Part shown: piece by piece, positions 1 through 8,678 of the stretch | Position numbering within the stretch: position 1 is the first letter of the stretch | Layout: the number at the start of each line of letters is the position of its first letter | Source: Promethearchaeota archaeon | GTDB lineage: Archaea; Asgardarchaeota; Lokiarchaeia; Sigyniarchaeales; SOKP01 | DNA: 32,435 bases | Direction of reading: 5' to 3' | Assembly (NCBI GenBank): GCA_030615145.1 | Contig: JAUWZT010000003.1 | Coordinates: forward strand, 1-32,435 | Position numbers and translations under genes: made by a program | Notes under the pieces: generated by a model | Told to the model about the DNA's origin: nothing | Seen by the model: the letters and a program-made list of their open reading frames with translations, nothing else | Databases searched by the model: none

Positions 1-97
1 AAAATTTTCTCTCTGAAATTATATATTTATGTTCTTACTATTTCTATTTTAACAACAAATTTTTTTTTAATCATTAAATCATCGAGTGAAAACCGTT

Positions 98-1018
98 ATG
101 ATTAGCAAAACCATTTTACATATGATCCACGACTTAAAAACAGATAAAACTTCTGGAGCGAGTGAGTTAATAGAATTCGCACTTGAAATTTTAGAAGCCT
201 ATCTTCATACTATAAAAGATCCTAATATGGATATAACAGAGGATATATTAGTATTATCTAAAGAACTATTTAACGTTCGCCCAAGTATGGCTCCTATAAT
301 CAATACAATTGGATATTTTATTCATGATTTGGAATTTTTCAGCAAACAAACACTTTTAGAAAAATTTAAGACATTTCCTGCAGAAAGATTAAGGATAGAT
401 GACGCTTTGACTTCCGCGTTTCATTCGTTTTTAGAGAGATTCGAAGGGAAGAAACTAAATGTAATGTTAATCTCTTACAGTACTACAATTATTAAGCATT
501 TGAAAGAAAATACAAAAAACGATTTTACCTTTTACATTTTAGAATCTCGTCCTTTGTTTGAAGGGCGACGTACTGCCGAAATATTGTCTTCTAATTTTGA
601 AACACATTTAATAACAGATTCAGCGATGGGGAAATTCATCAAAAAAGTTGATATCGTTCTTCTCGGAATTGATAGCATACTGCGAGATGGGTCAATAGTA
701 AATAAGATAGGGAGTTATCCTTTAGCATGTATTGCCGCTGCGAATAATAAAGATGTTTACGCAGTTGGGGATTCTTTTAAATATAATTTAAAGAGTCATT
801 ATAACCAGAAAATAATTATTGAGACCAAGCCAATCTACGAAGTATATTCTAAAAAAATTAAAAAAGAATTGTTTAAAGTCCATAATTTTTATTTTGATAT
901 AACCCCATCTAACTATTTTAAAGAAATAATCTCCGATTTAGGAGTATTAACGACGCCAGAGTTTTTGGAGAAGGTCAAAAGTACGCTTCCATTAGAATGG
1001 TTCAAATCATTTCTTTAA
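98..1018 (+). CDS. IF-2B family protein (aIF-2B/eIF2B alpha-beta-delta-like; R15P/MTR-1-P isomerase fold)
   Basis: Family motifs SGASEL, RPSMAP, SYSTT, ESRPLFEG, ITDSAMG, GIDS..DGSIVNKIGSY and FDITP. ATG at 98 is preferred over GTG at 86 because GAGTGA (84-89) looks like an SD site. Confidence 0.85.
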   Translation: MISKTILHMIHDLKTDKTSGASELIEFALEILEAYLHTIKDPNMDITEDILVLSKELFNVRPSMAPIINTIGYFIHDLEFFSKQTLLEKFKTFPAERLRIDDALTSAFHSFLERFEGKKLNVMLISYSTTIIKHLKENTKNDFTFYILESRPLFEGRRTAEILSSNFETHLITDSAMGKFIKKVDIVLLGIDSILRDGSIVNKIGSYPLACIAAANNKDVYAVGDSFKYNLKSHYNQKIIIETKPIYEVYSKKIKKELFKVHNFYFDITPSNYFKEIISDLGVLTTPEFLEKVKSTLPLEWFKSFL

Positions 1019-1101
1019 AATCCAAGTTCTATTTTTTATTTTTAAACATTTTTGGCGGATAACTATAAATATTTTGTACAAAGAATTTAATTTAGGGTAC
1101 T

Positions 1102-2280
1102 ATGTCAATTAATGAAAATTTAGCGTATGAAATAACTAAAAGATTATCATTTCCTCGATTAGTTGGCTCAGAAGGAGAAAAAGAGGCAATCAAAGTAGTT
1201 GTAGACGAGTTTGAAAAGATGGGTTATAATACCGTCAATCGCGAGAAATTTAAAACTTCGCTATACAATTGGAAGAGGATCGAACTTTTATTTTTAATTT
1301 TGGGAATATTATATATCTCTTTAGCGATATCGTATTACAATTTACCAATTTTATCTTTGGTTATCATATCTCTAATTGTAATATGTTTGTTAAAATTAAG
1401 TAAGATTTCTGATTCAAATAGGATAAAATTAATGAAGAATGATAGGTATAATTTCGAAACTGAAAACATTTATGTAAATTTAAAAAGCAAGAATTCTTTG
1501 GCCAATCTTATCTTTATTGCTCACTACGATTCGAAGTCTCAACTTTACTCTTCAAAAGTTAGGATTTATTTAATAATGGCCTCTGTTTTTGGCGGAATAA
1601 TTCTATTAGTTGTATTTTTCGTCTTAAGCGTTTTAAAGATTATTTTTATGTTTAATAATCTCATCTTGAATAACATACTTTTAGGCGTCAGCATAGTAAT
1701 TGGAATATTAGCAATATTAAATTTTTTCAACAAAGTCGGGAATAAATCTCCAGGAGCAACAGATAATGCTACGAGCGTTGGTACAGTTATTGCCCTCTCG
1801 AAATATTTTAAGAACAATCCTTTAGAAAATATTGATTTTACGTTTTTAATTACGGGTTCTGAAGAACTTAACCTAGGTGGAGCGATTGATTTCATCCAGA
1901 AACACAAAAATGAATTAGATAAAGACATAACATATTTTATAAACTATGATCTTGTAGGTGCATATGGCGTGTTAAGAAACGTTACTTCTCACGGAATTCC
2001 GAAGAAAACAACCAGTACAAAATTGAACGAGCTACTTAGGAATAGTAGTAAAGATTTAGGGATTGAAATAAAGGAGATTTATTTTCCTATGGGAGCAGGT
2101 GGAGATCATATGCCCATCGTAAACTTGGGGTATATGGCTTGCGTACTTGGTTCTGCGGGATGCATAAAATATGTCCATTCTAAAAAAGATACGATGAGTT
2201 TAGTTTCTAAAGAGGGTTTAAATAACATTTTGAGTTTATCAATTGAGGTTGCGAATAGGTTAAACAAAGAATTAACTTAA
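1102..2280 (+). CDS. Membrane-integral M28 family Zn metallopeptidase
   Basis: AHYDS, GATDNATSV, GSEE, NYDLVG, GGDH and VHSKKD motifs, with two inserted hydrophobic hairpins. Confidence 0.85.
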   Translation: MSINENLAYEITKRLSFPRLVGSEGEKEAIKVVVDEFEKMGYNTVNREKFKTSLYNWKRIELLFLILGILYISLAISYYNLPILSLVIISLIVICLLKLSKISDSNRIKLMKNDRYNFETENIYVNLKSKNSLANLIFIAHYDSKSQLYSSKVRIYLIMASVFGGIILLVVFFVLSVLKIIFMFNNLILNNILLGVSIVIGILAILNFFNKVGNKSPGATDNATSVGTVIALSKYFKNNPLENIDFTFLITGSEELNLGGAIDFIQKHKNELDKDITYFINYDLVGAYGVLRNVTSHGIPKKTTSTKLNELLRNSSKDLGIEIKEIYFPMGAGGDHMPIVNLGYMACVLGSAGCIKYVHSKKDTMSLVSKEGLNNILSLSIEVANRLNKELT

Positions 2281-2305
2281 ATTGCTTCTTTAATAAATAA
2301 TTTCT

Positions 2306-3658
2306 CTAATCTACTTTTTCTGCCATATAAGATCTCAAAGATATAATCGCTATTGCATACAAAGGAATTACGGATAATTCGATAAATATTGAGATCATGA
2401 AAGGAGCGCTTGGACCTAAATTATCCCAAGCCAGACCTCCTAGAGTTGGGCCTAAAACAGCACCTAATAAGCTTAACCACTGAGCAGCCCCAAAAATTTT
2501 TCCACGGTGGATTTTTGATATTCGACTGAGGACATTTTGTAAAATTAAGTTCCCCCCCCAAGCAAAAGTTGCGTCAAAAAGTAAGATAAAACCAAACATC
2601 AATCCCGATGTAGAATTAATTATAAACCAGGTTACTAACGCCCCTAACCCGCTTACAACAGCAATCCCTAATACGGGATTTACCTTATCAGCAATCTTAC
2701 CTATTTTAGGGGCAAATAATAAAGATAAAACCTGAGCGGGAAAATAAATTAACATTACTAGAATAGGCATCTCAACTTTCAATTCTTCAATCAAATAAAC
2801 TTGAAAGAAGGGATACGCTAAAGATTGATTCATACTACTCACCATAAAGGCAATGGTCAACACGCTGAAACCGAAAAAAAAACCCGTCGCTAAGTTGTTC
2901 TTGGGTTTTATAGAAGAATCTGGTATCACTGGTTCTTTAGAAACAATGATTGGTTCGACTGAGGATGGAAATAAATTGAAAATGTGCTTATCGTATGTAA
3001 GTTCTTCGTCGACTTTACGATGAAAAATTATACCTCCAAGAACATTAGATGCAGCAAACAATATTAGTGGGCTGTAAACCAAAAAAAGATTTTCAGGCGT
3101 AAATATAATTGCTAAACTAAAAATAATAAAACTAATAATTGATCCAAATAGGTTTCCTTTTCCTATCATTCCAGCTCGTTTTCCGAACGCAAAAGAACGA
3201 TTTGATTTATTTGACTTCTCGGAAATTAATGTATCTAATGGTGTCCAAAAAAAACCTACAAAAAACCCTAATACAAACATCCCAATAGCAAATATTAATA
3301 AAGAAGATAATAAAATACCCAGAAACATTAAAATATAGCATACCCCACGCCCAAAACTCCCTATTAGGATTAATAACTTTTTTGAAACTCTGTCAGTTAA
3401 ATAACCAACAATTGGAGCACTGATTAACCCCCCCGTAACTTGTATTGAAAATGTAAGCCCTAACACCGTTCCCGAAGCCCCTAATAATTGGACTGTGACG
3501 TACGGGATCAAAAATGAGAAAAAAAAGAATCCCATGCTGTTCCAAAAGATAATTCGGATCATAGGATCGAAATCTGGAGTAATCTTCATTGCGTTTGCGT
3601 TTGTATCTGGCGTACTTTCAGAATCAAAAAGATTACCGTTATCAGTATTGTGCGACAA
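2306..3658 (-). CDS. MFS transporter
   Basis: About 12 hydrophobic segments; MFS motif A-like GYLTDRVSKK and GKIADKVNP; TTG start preceded by AGGGAG. Confidence 0.85.
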   Translation of the reverse strand: MSHNTDNGNLFDSESTPDTNANAMKITPDFDPMIRIIFWNSMGFFFFSFLIPYVTVQLLGASGTVLGLTFSIQVTGGLISAPIVGYLTDRVSKKLLILIGSFGRGVCYILMFLGILLSSLLIFAIGMFVLGFFVGFFWTPLDTLISEKSNKSNRSFAFGKRAGMIGKGNLFGSIISFIIFSLAIIFTPENLFLVYSPLILFAASNVLGGIIFHRKVDEELTYDKHIFNLFPSSVEPIIVSKEPVIPDSSIKPKNNLATGFFFGFSVLTIAFMVSSMNQSLAYPFFQVYLIEELKVEMPILVMLIYFPAQVLSLLFAPKIGKIADKVNPVLGIAVVSGLGALVTWFIINSTSGLMFGFILLFDATFAWGGNLILQNVLSRISKIHRGKIFGAAQWLSLLGAVLGPTLGGLAWDNLGPSAPFMISIFIELSVIPLYAIAIISLRSYMAEKVD

Positions 3659-3833
3659 TTAGAAAAGCTCCCTTAAAACTATTATATGTATTAAAAATCC
3701 ATTTCCTAAAAAGTTCGTTATTTTAAGTTTTAACTTAAATTTATTGAATAAATGGATAAAACTTAATTTTTTAAGAAGATTTTTCTTAATACAACTTATC
3801 AATTAGAAAATAAAAATAAATTTTTAGAGAAAA

Positions 3834-4832
3834 ATGTTAACTCCAGAACACGTTAAAGAAATTTTAAAGGATTACACCGTAAATCTTCGATTCCACGCAC
3901 GCGGGGGGCAAGGAGGCGTTACTGCTTCTAACCTGTGCGTCGAAGCTTTTTATGGCTATGGCGTCTGTCAACCGAGATTTGGAGCAGAACGAATGGGGAG
4001 TCCAACTGAAAGCTATGTAAGGCTTTCTGCGAACTCAGATTTAGTAAGGTCAAATGAACAAGTGTATGGCCCTCATTTCGTATCTGTGTTAGATGAATCG
4101 TTACTCTCAGAAGTAGATGTAACCGCTGGCGTACCGAAAGGTGGTTGGTTGATAGTAAATACAGTAGCGGACCAACTAACCATTCAAGAAGCTGTAAAGA
4201 GAAAAGACATAAACATTGCTACTATAGATGCGACCCGAATTGCTCTAGATGTTTTAGGTCGAAACATTACAAATACTATAATATTAGGTGCTTTAATAAG
4301 AATCTCCCACCTCTTTACTCTCGAAGAATTATCTAATGCAATCATGAAGCGATTCAAAGGAGCTATAGCTGGAAAAAATATCGAAGCAATAAAGCAAGCA
4401 ATTGAAGAAACTTGCATATTTGACATCGGAGTCGACCCAGATTTTACGGTTGACACTAAAGTACCGTGGCAACAAATAGATTTAGGCTTACCTGGATATA
4501 AGGAATTAGATAAAGCGGGTGTTTGGTATTGCGACGAAGAAGTAATCCCTGTTGGAAGCGATCAAGTGAATACTGGTTCATGGGGCGAATGGGATGTGAT
4601 TTGGGATGCGGAAACATGTACAAATTGCGCTCAATGTTGGTTCATTTGCCCTGATTTTGCCATTCTTAGAGAGAAAAGGGAAGACGGCAAATATCATATG
4701 ATTGGAATTGATAGACTTCATTGCAAATCATGTTTAAATTGTCTAAATATATGCCCTGTTCAAGCAATAAGTAAAAAATTAAAGCAAGGACCGGCTGCTT
4801 GTGCAGTACCGGAAGAAAGTGGAGGTAATTAA
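3834..4832 (+). CDS. porC: 2-oxoacid:ferredoxin oxidoreductase gamma subunit fused to delta (2x[4Fe-4S]) subunit
   Basis: Gamma motifs RFHARGGQGGVTA, FGAERMGSP and NTIILGA. C-terminal delta motifs TGSW, CTNCAQCWFICP and CKSCLNCLNICP. Confidence 0.92.
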   Translation: MLTPEHVKEILKDYTVNLRFHARGGQGGVTASNLCVEAFYGYGVCQPRFGAERMGSPTESYVRLSANSDLVRSNEQVYGPHFVSVLDESLLSEVDVTAGVPKGGWLIVNTVADQLTIQEAVKRKDINIATIDATRIALDVLGRNITNTIILGALIRISHLFTLEELSNAIMKRFKGAIAGKNIEAIKQAIEETCIFDIGVDPDFTVDTKVPWQQIDLGLPGYKELDKAGVWYCDEEVIPVGSDQVNTGSWGEWDVIWDAETCTNCAQCWFICPDFAILREKREDGKYHMIGIDRLHCKSCLNCLNICPVQAISKKLKQGPAACAVPEESGGN

Positions 4833-4833
4833 A

Positions 4834-6057
4834 ATGTCAGTAGAACCAATGAAATTATTTTTCAAAGAGATTAAAGAGCCCGTCGAGACGGCAATGATTG
4901 GGAATTACGCTGTGGCCGGAGGAGTTACCCAAACGGACCCTGATGTAATTTGTGCTTTTCCTATTACCCCTCAAACTCAATCCGTTGAGGGTTTATCTGA
5001 TGTCGTTCATCAAGGAAGATTAAAAGCAGCCTTCGTCAATGTCGAATCCGAATTAGCAGCTATTAGTTATTCAACGGCAGCTTGCGCTGCAGGTGCCAGA
5101 ACCTTTACTGCTACAGCATCACAAGGCTATTTATTAATGTCAGAAGCCTTGCCTATGGCAGTTGGTTGGCGTGTCCCGTTAACGATGATGATTTCAGCGA
5201 GAGCTTTTAATGCTCCTAATCTTTCTATATGGAACAGTTGGGAATATGTGTTAACTGATTACGGTTGGAACTGTGTAGTATCGGAGAATGTTCAAGAAAC
5301 CTACGATGCAGCAATTTTGTCAGTTATAATGTCAGACAATTCTTTGTTTCCAACTATGTTTGTACACGACGGTTTTATTATTTCTCATTCCGTTCAGAAA
5401 TTATGGTTAATTCCAGACGAGGTTGTACGGAAATTAACACCAAAAAAACCTCGCCACACAATCTCAACTGAGCGTCCTGGTGTATGGGGAGGGATTGTAA
5501 CTCCAAGCTTTTTCATGGAAGGAAGGAAGAATCTTGATGAAGCGAAAAAACCCGTGTTAGATATAATGAAAAAGGCGTTCGAAGAATTCGGAAAAGCGAC
5601 TGGGCGTCATTATAACTTAATTGAAACCTACAACTTAGACAACTCTTCAAAGACTGCGTTTATTACTATGGGATCGATGTGTGGAAACATCATTAGTTGG
5701 ATGACTAAAAACAAGGACATAGGATTGATAAAAATCAGAGCATACAGACCTTTTCCTTACGAGGAATTACAAAAGATTGTCCAAGAGCATAACATCGAAA
5801 AACTAATTATTCTAGAAAAATCAGATTCGCTAAATAATCTTTTACCACCATTTGCCACTTCAATAGCTACGGCGTTGTATCCGCTTAAAACTCTATTTAG
5901 ATGCTATATTGTAGGCTTAGGTGGACGAGATGTTACTCGAGATGAGTTCGCGGTTGTAAAGAAGAAAATGGAATCTGTTAACGATATGAAAGGGCAGCTC
6001 TATAGTTACCTTGGCGTACGGGAGACCAAAGATAAAATCTATGAGGTGAACAGATAG
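4834..6057 (+). CDS. porA: 2-oxoacid (pyruvate-type):ferredoxin oxidoreductase alpha subunit
   Basis: GNYAVA, FPITPQT, VESE, RTFTATASQG, DGFIISH, RPFP and GLGGRDV motifs. Start corrected to ATG 4834, which has SD GGAGGT at 4821-4826. Confidence 0.93.
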   Translation: MSVEPMKLFFKEIKEPVETAMIGNYAVAGGVTQTDPDVICAFPITPQTQSVEGLSDVVHQGRLKAAFVNVESELAAISYSTAACAAGARTFTATASQGYLLMSEALPMAVGWRVPLTMMISARAFNAPNLSIWNSWEYVLTDYGWNCVVSENVQETYDAAILSVIMSDNSLFPTMFVHDGFIISHSVQKLWLIPDEVVRKLTPKKPRHTISTERPGVWGGIVTPSFFMEGRKNLDEAKKPVLDIMKKAFEEFGKATGRHYNLIETYNLDNSSKTAFITMGSMCGNIISWMTKNKDIGLIKIRAYRPFPYEELQKIVQEHNIEKLIILEKSDSLNNLLPPFATSIATALYPLKTLFRCYIVGLGGRDVTRDEFAVVKKKMESVNDMKGQLYSYLGVRETKDKIYEVNR

Positions 6058-7146
6058 ATGTCAAAACCAGAAAGAAATATAATTAAATTTGAAGATATAT
6101 TAGCTAGAGATGGAAAATGTAATGTTTTATTTTTAAACTACGATAACGAAGCTTTTATGAACACAGGGATTCAAGAATCAGGCGCTACGCCACCGCACGC
6201 TTCGACAACCACCGGACCCGGTGGAGAAAAAATTCCCGGAAAAGTTGGTGTAAAACAAGATTTAGTTACTCCTTTTGCTTTTTACGGGACAAAATCGTTA
6301 TTTTTAGCAACGGCAAACCCCGCTTATCCAGCAGATTTTATGGGAAAAGTTGCTGATGCGTTAAAGTCAAACGGGTCTGCTTTCATTCAAACATTAGCTG
6401 ATTGCATGAGGGGATGGCGACATCCTGCCGAAGACGCCGTGAAAATCTCAAAACTAGCTACTGATTGCGGTTATTGGCCTCTTTACACTATAAGAGTAAA
6501 AGAAGGCATTCCAACATTTTCTTATTATCGTGGATTAGATATAGATAAGGAAAAATTTGTAGAATACTTAAAATCTATGGGCCGGTTTAGACATCTCTTT
6601 AAGCCACAGTTCTTGGAAAAAGAAATTGATGAAATAATTTACTATACTGAACAACGTAACCTTAAATTAAAAGGACTTATTGAACAGTTTGGAGCCGAAA
6701 AGCCAATAGACTTTTATCAAGTAAATCGAAGAACTTTAGAACCTCAAACTCACTTACATCCTGGCCACGGATTATGCCCTGGTTGTGGCGCTGGAATGGT
6801 TTTGAATCAGATGGCTACAGCAGCTACAGCAGTCGCGGGTAACAACATTATTTACGTGAATAATACGAGTTGCAGTGAAGTATCGACAGCGAAAGATTTT
6901 GTAACTTCTTGGAAAGTTCCTTGGGTTCACCACTTATTTGAAAGTGGAGCTACTATAGCTGAAGGAATAAGCACAACTTACAAAATTCTTAAATCTAAAG
7001 GTTTGTTCAATGGAGAGGTGCCGTATGTTATTCACATTGCCGGCGACGGTTCTACATACGATATTGGATTTCAATTCCTTAAAGCAGCCCTTATCCGAAC
7101 AAGCTCTTTCGTTGAAATGAATGAATATTTAACTAATCAGAAATAA
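6058..7146 (+). CDS. porB: 2-oxoacid:ferredoxin oxidoreductase beta subunit, circularly permuted
   Basis: The N-terminal part carries YDNEAFMNTGIQESGATP..STTTGP, CMRGW, GYWPLY and GRFRHL, which are normally C-terminal. The C-terminal part carries PGHGLCPGCG, TSCSEV, VPWVH and GDGSTYDIG, which are normally N-terminal. SD GAGGTGA at 6043-6049. Confidence 0.92.
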   Translation: MSKPERNIIKFEDILARDGKCNVLFLNYDNEAFMNTGIQESGATPPHASTTTGPGGEKIPGKVGVKQDLVTPFAFYGTKSLFLATANPAYPADFMGKVADALKSNGSAFIQTLADCMRGWRHPAEDAVKISKLATDCGYWPLYTIRVKEGIPTFSYYRGLDIDKEKFVEYLKSMGRFRHLFKPQFLEKEIDEIIYYTEQRNLKLKGLIEQFGAEKPIDFYQVNRRTLEPQTHLHPGHGLCPGCGAGMVLNQMATAATAVAGNNIIYVNNTSCSEVSTAKDFVTSWKVPWVHHLFESGATIAEGISTTYKILKSKGLFNGEVPYVIHIAGDGSTYDIGFQFLKAALIRTSSFVEMNEYLTNQK

Positions 7147-7170
7147 TTTTATTTTACTTTATTTTTTTTT
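7147..7170 (+). terminator. Oligo-T tract, putative archaeal intrinsic terminator of the por operon
   Basis: TTTTATTTTACTTTATTTTTTTTT directly after the porB stop. Confidence 0.5.
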
Positions 7171-7228
7171 GAAATTATTATAGTGGAATACAATTTTTTA
7201 CATATAGTGCATTTATTAGAGTAATATC

Positions 7229-8512
7229 ATGTTTAAAATGAGTTTACAAGAGTGTTTGGCAAGGCGTAAAGATTGCTCTGGTGAGGGTCGTATTTTACAC
7301 TTATCTGTAGTTGAAGAGATTTGTAACTCTACACTTCAAGCGGCACCTTCAAATTCTCTATTTGTTGTATTACCGGATGGGGAGGATTACACTGGAGGGG
7401 CGTATAAATATAATAGCGATGGTTTGGTTCGATTAACTGATAAAGAAAAAACAAAATTTACCATGGAACTTTATCCTGAATTGTTTTGGAAGGAATCTAT
7501 TGAATTTGAGGATTTGATTCGGGTAGGGATTACATGGCAATATCTCTCATTAAAAGTGGATAGTATAGGGCTTGGTGTATCACAACGAGCAAGAGCGCCT
7601 AAAAAATATAATAAACTCGTCAACAATTTAACGAATCAAAATTATACCTTCTTATATTCGGTAGCAGTTCGAGAGAGAGATAGGGCAGCATTAGTAGAAG
7701 ATACTTCAGAACCTCTTCAAAAAAAAGCAGAGGAGGATACAATTTTACTCGACACTCCAGCTTGCTACAAGGACCGCGCAATCTATGAGAATAAGTATAA
7801 AGGTATTCCACTAGACGATGCTATTTTTAATCGGGTTGATGAAAAGACACCAAACCATACAAATTTACACCAAATCTCTCAACTGCTCTGGGCTTGTCAA
7901 GGAGAAAACGATCATACGACTCATGGAAACCGTGATGCTTTAGAGAAAAATGGATACGGTCGTGTGCATGCATCGGGATGTGCTGGATATGCAGTGTATC
8001 CAATATTATATGTAAATGATCTTGCTAATGTCCCTAATGGATCATATCTTTATAATCCCGTCGGATATTCTGCGTTAAATAGATGGATTAAGGTTGATGG
8101 AACCATAAGATACGACCATTTTATAAAAAAATTTAGCTCTGAGACTTTTAGCGCTGAGATTGAAAAGGAGTTTGAGATTAATTTCTCTAATTATGCCATA
8201 TTATTATGTGTTGATCGAAAAAAGCCTTGCGCGGGATTAATGCACAGAGTTATGAACCTTAAGTATTGGGCCGAAGTTGAGGCGGGAATGGCGTTAGCAG
8301 GTTTACAATTACAAGCAAATGCTTTAGGTTTGAAATGGCAAAAGAAAATATTGTCAAATCCAGATGATCCAAAATATAGAACATTGTTCAATCTCGATTC
8401 TGCTGAACAATCGATAAATAGTGTGGCAAAAAATTTAGTAAATCGTGCAAATAATGAGCGGGTGTCCCTTGAAGGAAGTTTGATACCAACTGTGCTATTT
8501 CATTTAATATAA
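7229..8512 (+). CDS. SagB/ThcOx-like nitroreductase-fold protein with two tandem domains
   Basis: C-domain: PLDDAIFNR, ISQLLWACQG, GRVHASG..YAV, GSYLYNP, EAGMALAGLQLQANALGL. The N-domain has degenerate equivalents: SLQECLARR, AAPS, GAYKYN, GITWQYLSLKVDSIGLG. Confidence 0.7.
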   Translation: MFKMSLQECLARRKDCSGEGRILHLSVVEEICNSTLQAAPSNSLFVVLPDGEDYTGGAYKYNSDGLVRLTDKEKTKFTMELYPELFWKESIEFEDLIRVGITWQYLSLKVDSIGLGVSQRARAPKKYNKLVNNLTNQNYTFLYSVAVRERDRAALVEDTSEPLQKKAEEDTILLDTPACYKDRAIYENKYKGIPLDDAIFNRVDEKTPNHTNLHQISQLLWACQGENDHTTHGNRDALEKNGYGRVHASGCAGYAVYPILYVNDLANVPNGSYLYNPVGYSALNRWIKVDGTIRYDHFIKKFSSETFSAEIEKEFEINFSNYAILLCVDRKKPCAGLMHRVMNLKYWAEVEAGMALAGLQLQANALGLKWQKKILSNPDDPKYRTLFNLDSAEQSINSVAKNLVNRANNERVSLEGSLIPTVLFHLI

Positions 8513-8625
8513 TTTAAAACTTTTTTTGGATAATAATAGCTTAGAACAGGACGATCGATGATTTCGTGATCCCACCACGCATTCATTCGCTCCTTTGCTT
8601 TATCAGAGTCCTCTTTATATCCCAT
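8500..8625 (-). pseudogene. 5' remnant of a paralog of the URO-D-like gene at 12310-13566
   Basis: Translates MGYKEDSDKAKERMNAWWDHEIIDRPVLSYYYPKK(VLNYIK*), versus MEYKEDIDEAKERMRAWWDREIIDRPVFSYYFPKK in the intact gene. The upstream ~35 bp is also similar. Confidence 0.9.
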
Positions 8626-8678
8626 AAAAATAATATTAAAGCAAGATAAATTAATCTTTTCTAAAACTAGGAAATAAT

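Noticed and set aside
6055-6057. Genome-wide TAG reassignment to pyrrolysine
   Set aside because: TAG terminates apparently complete genes (2306, 12310, 15979), and no conserved domain is interrupted by TAG.
6058-7146. Split-intein or RNA back-splicing explanation for the permuted porB
   Set aside because: The terminal extensions are only about 15-20 aa and lack intein motifs (no HN|C/S/T; the residue before C21 is K). I saw no extended complementarity or bulge-helix-bulge between the gene ends.
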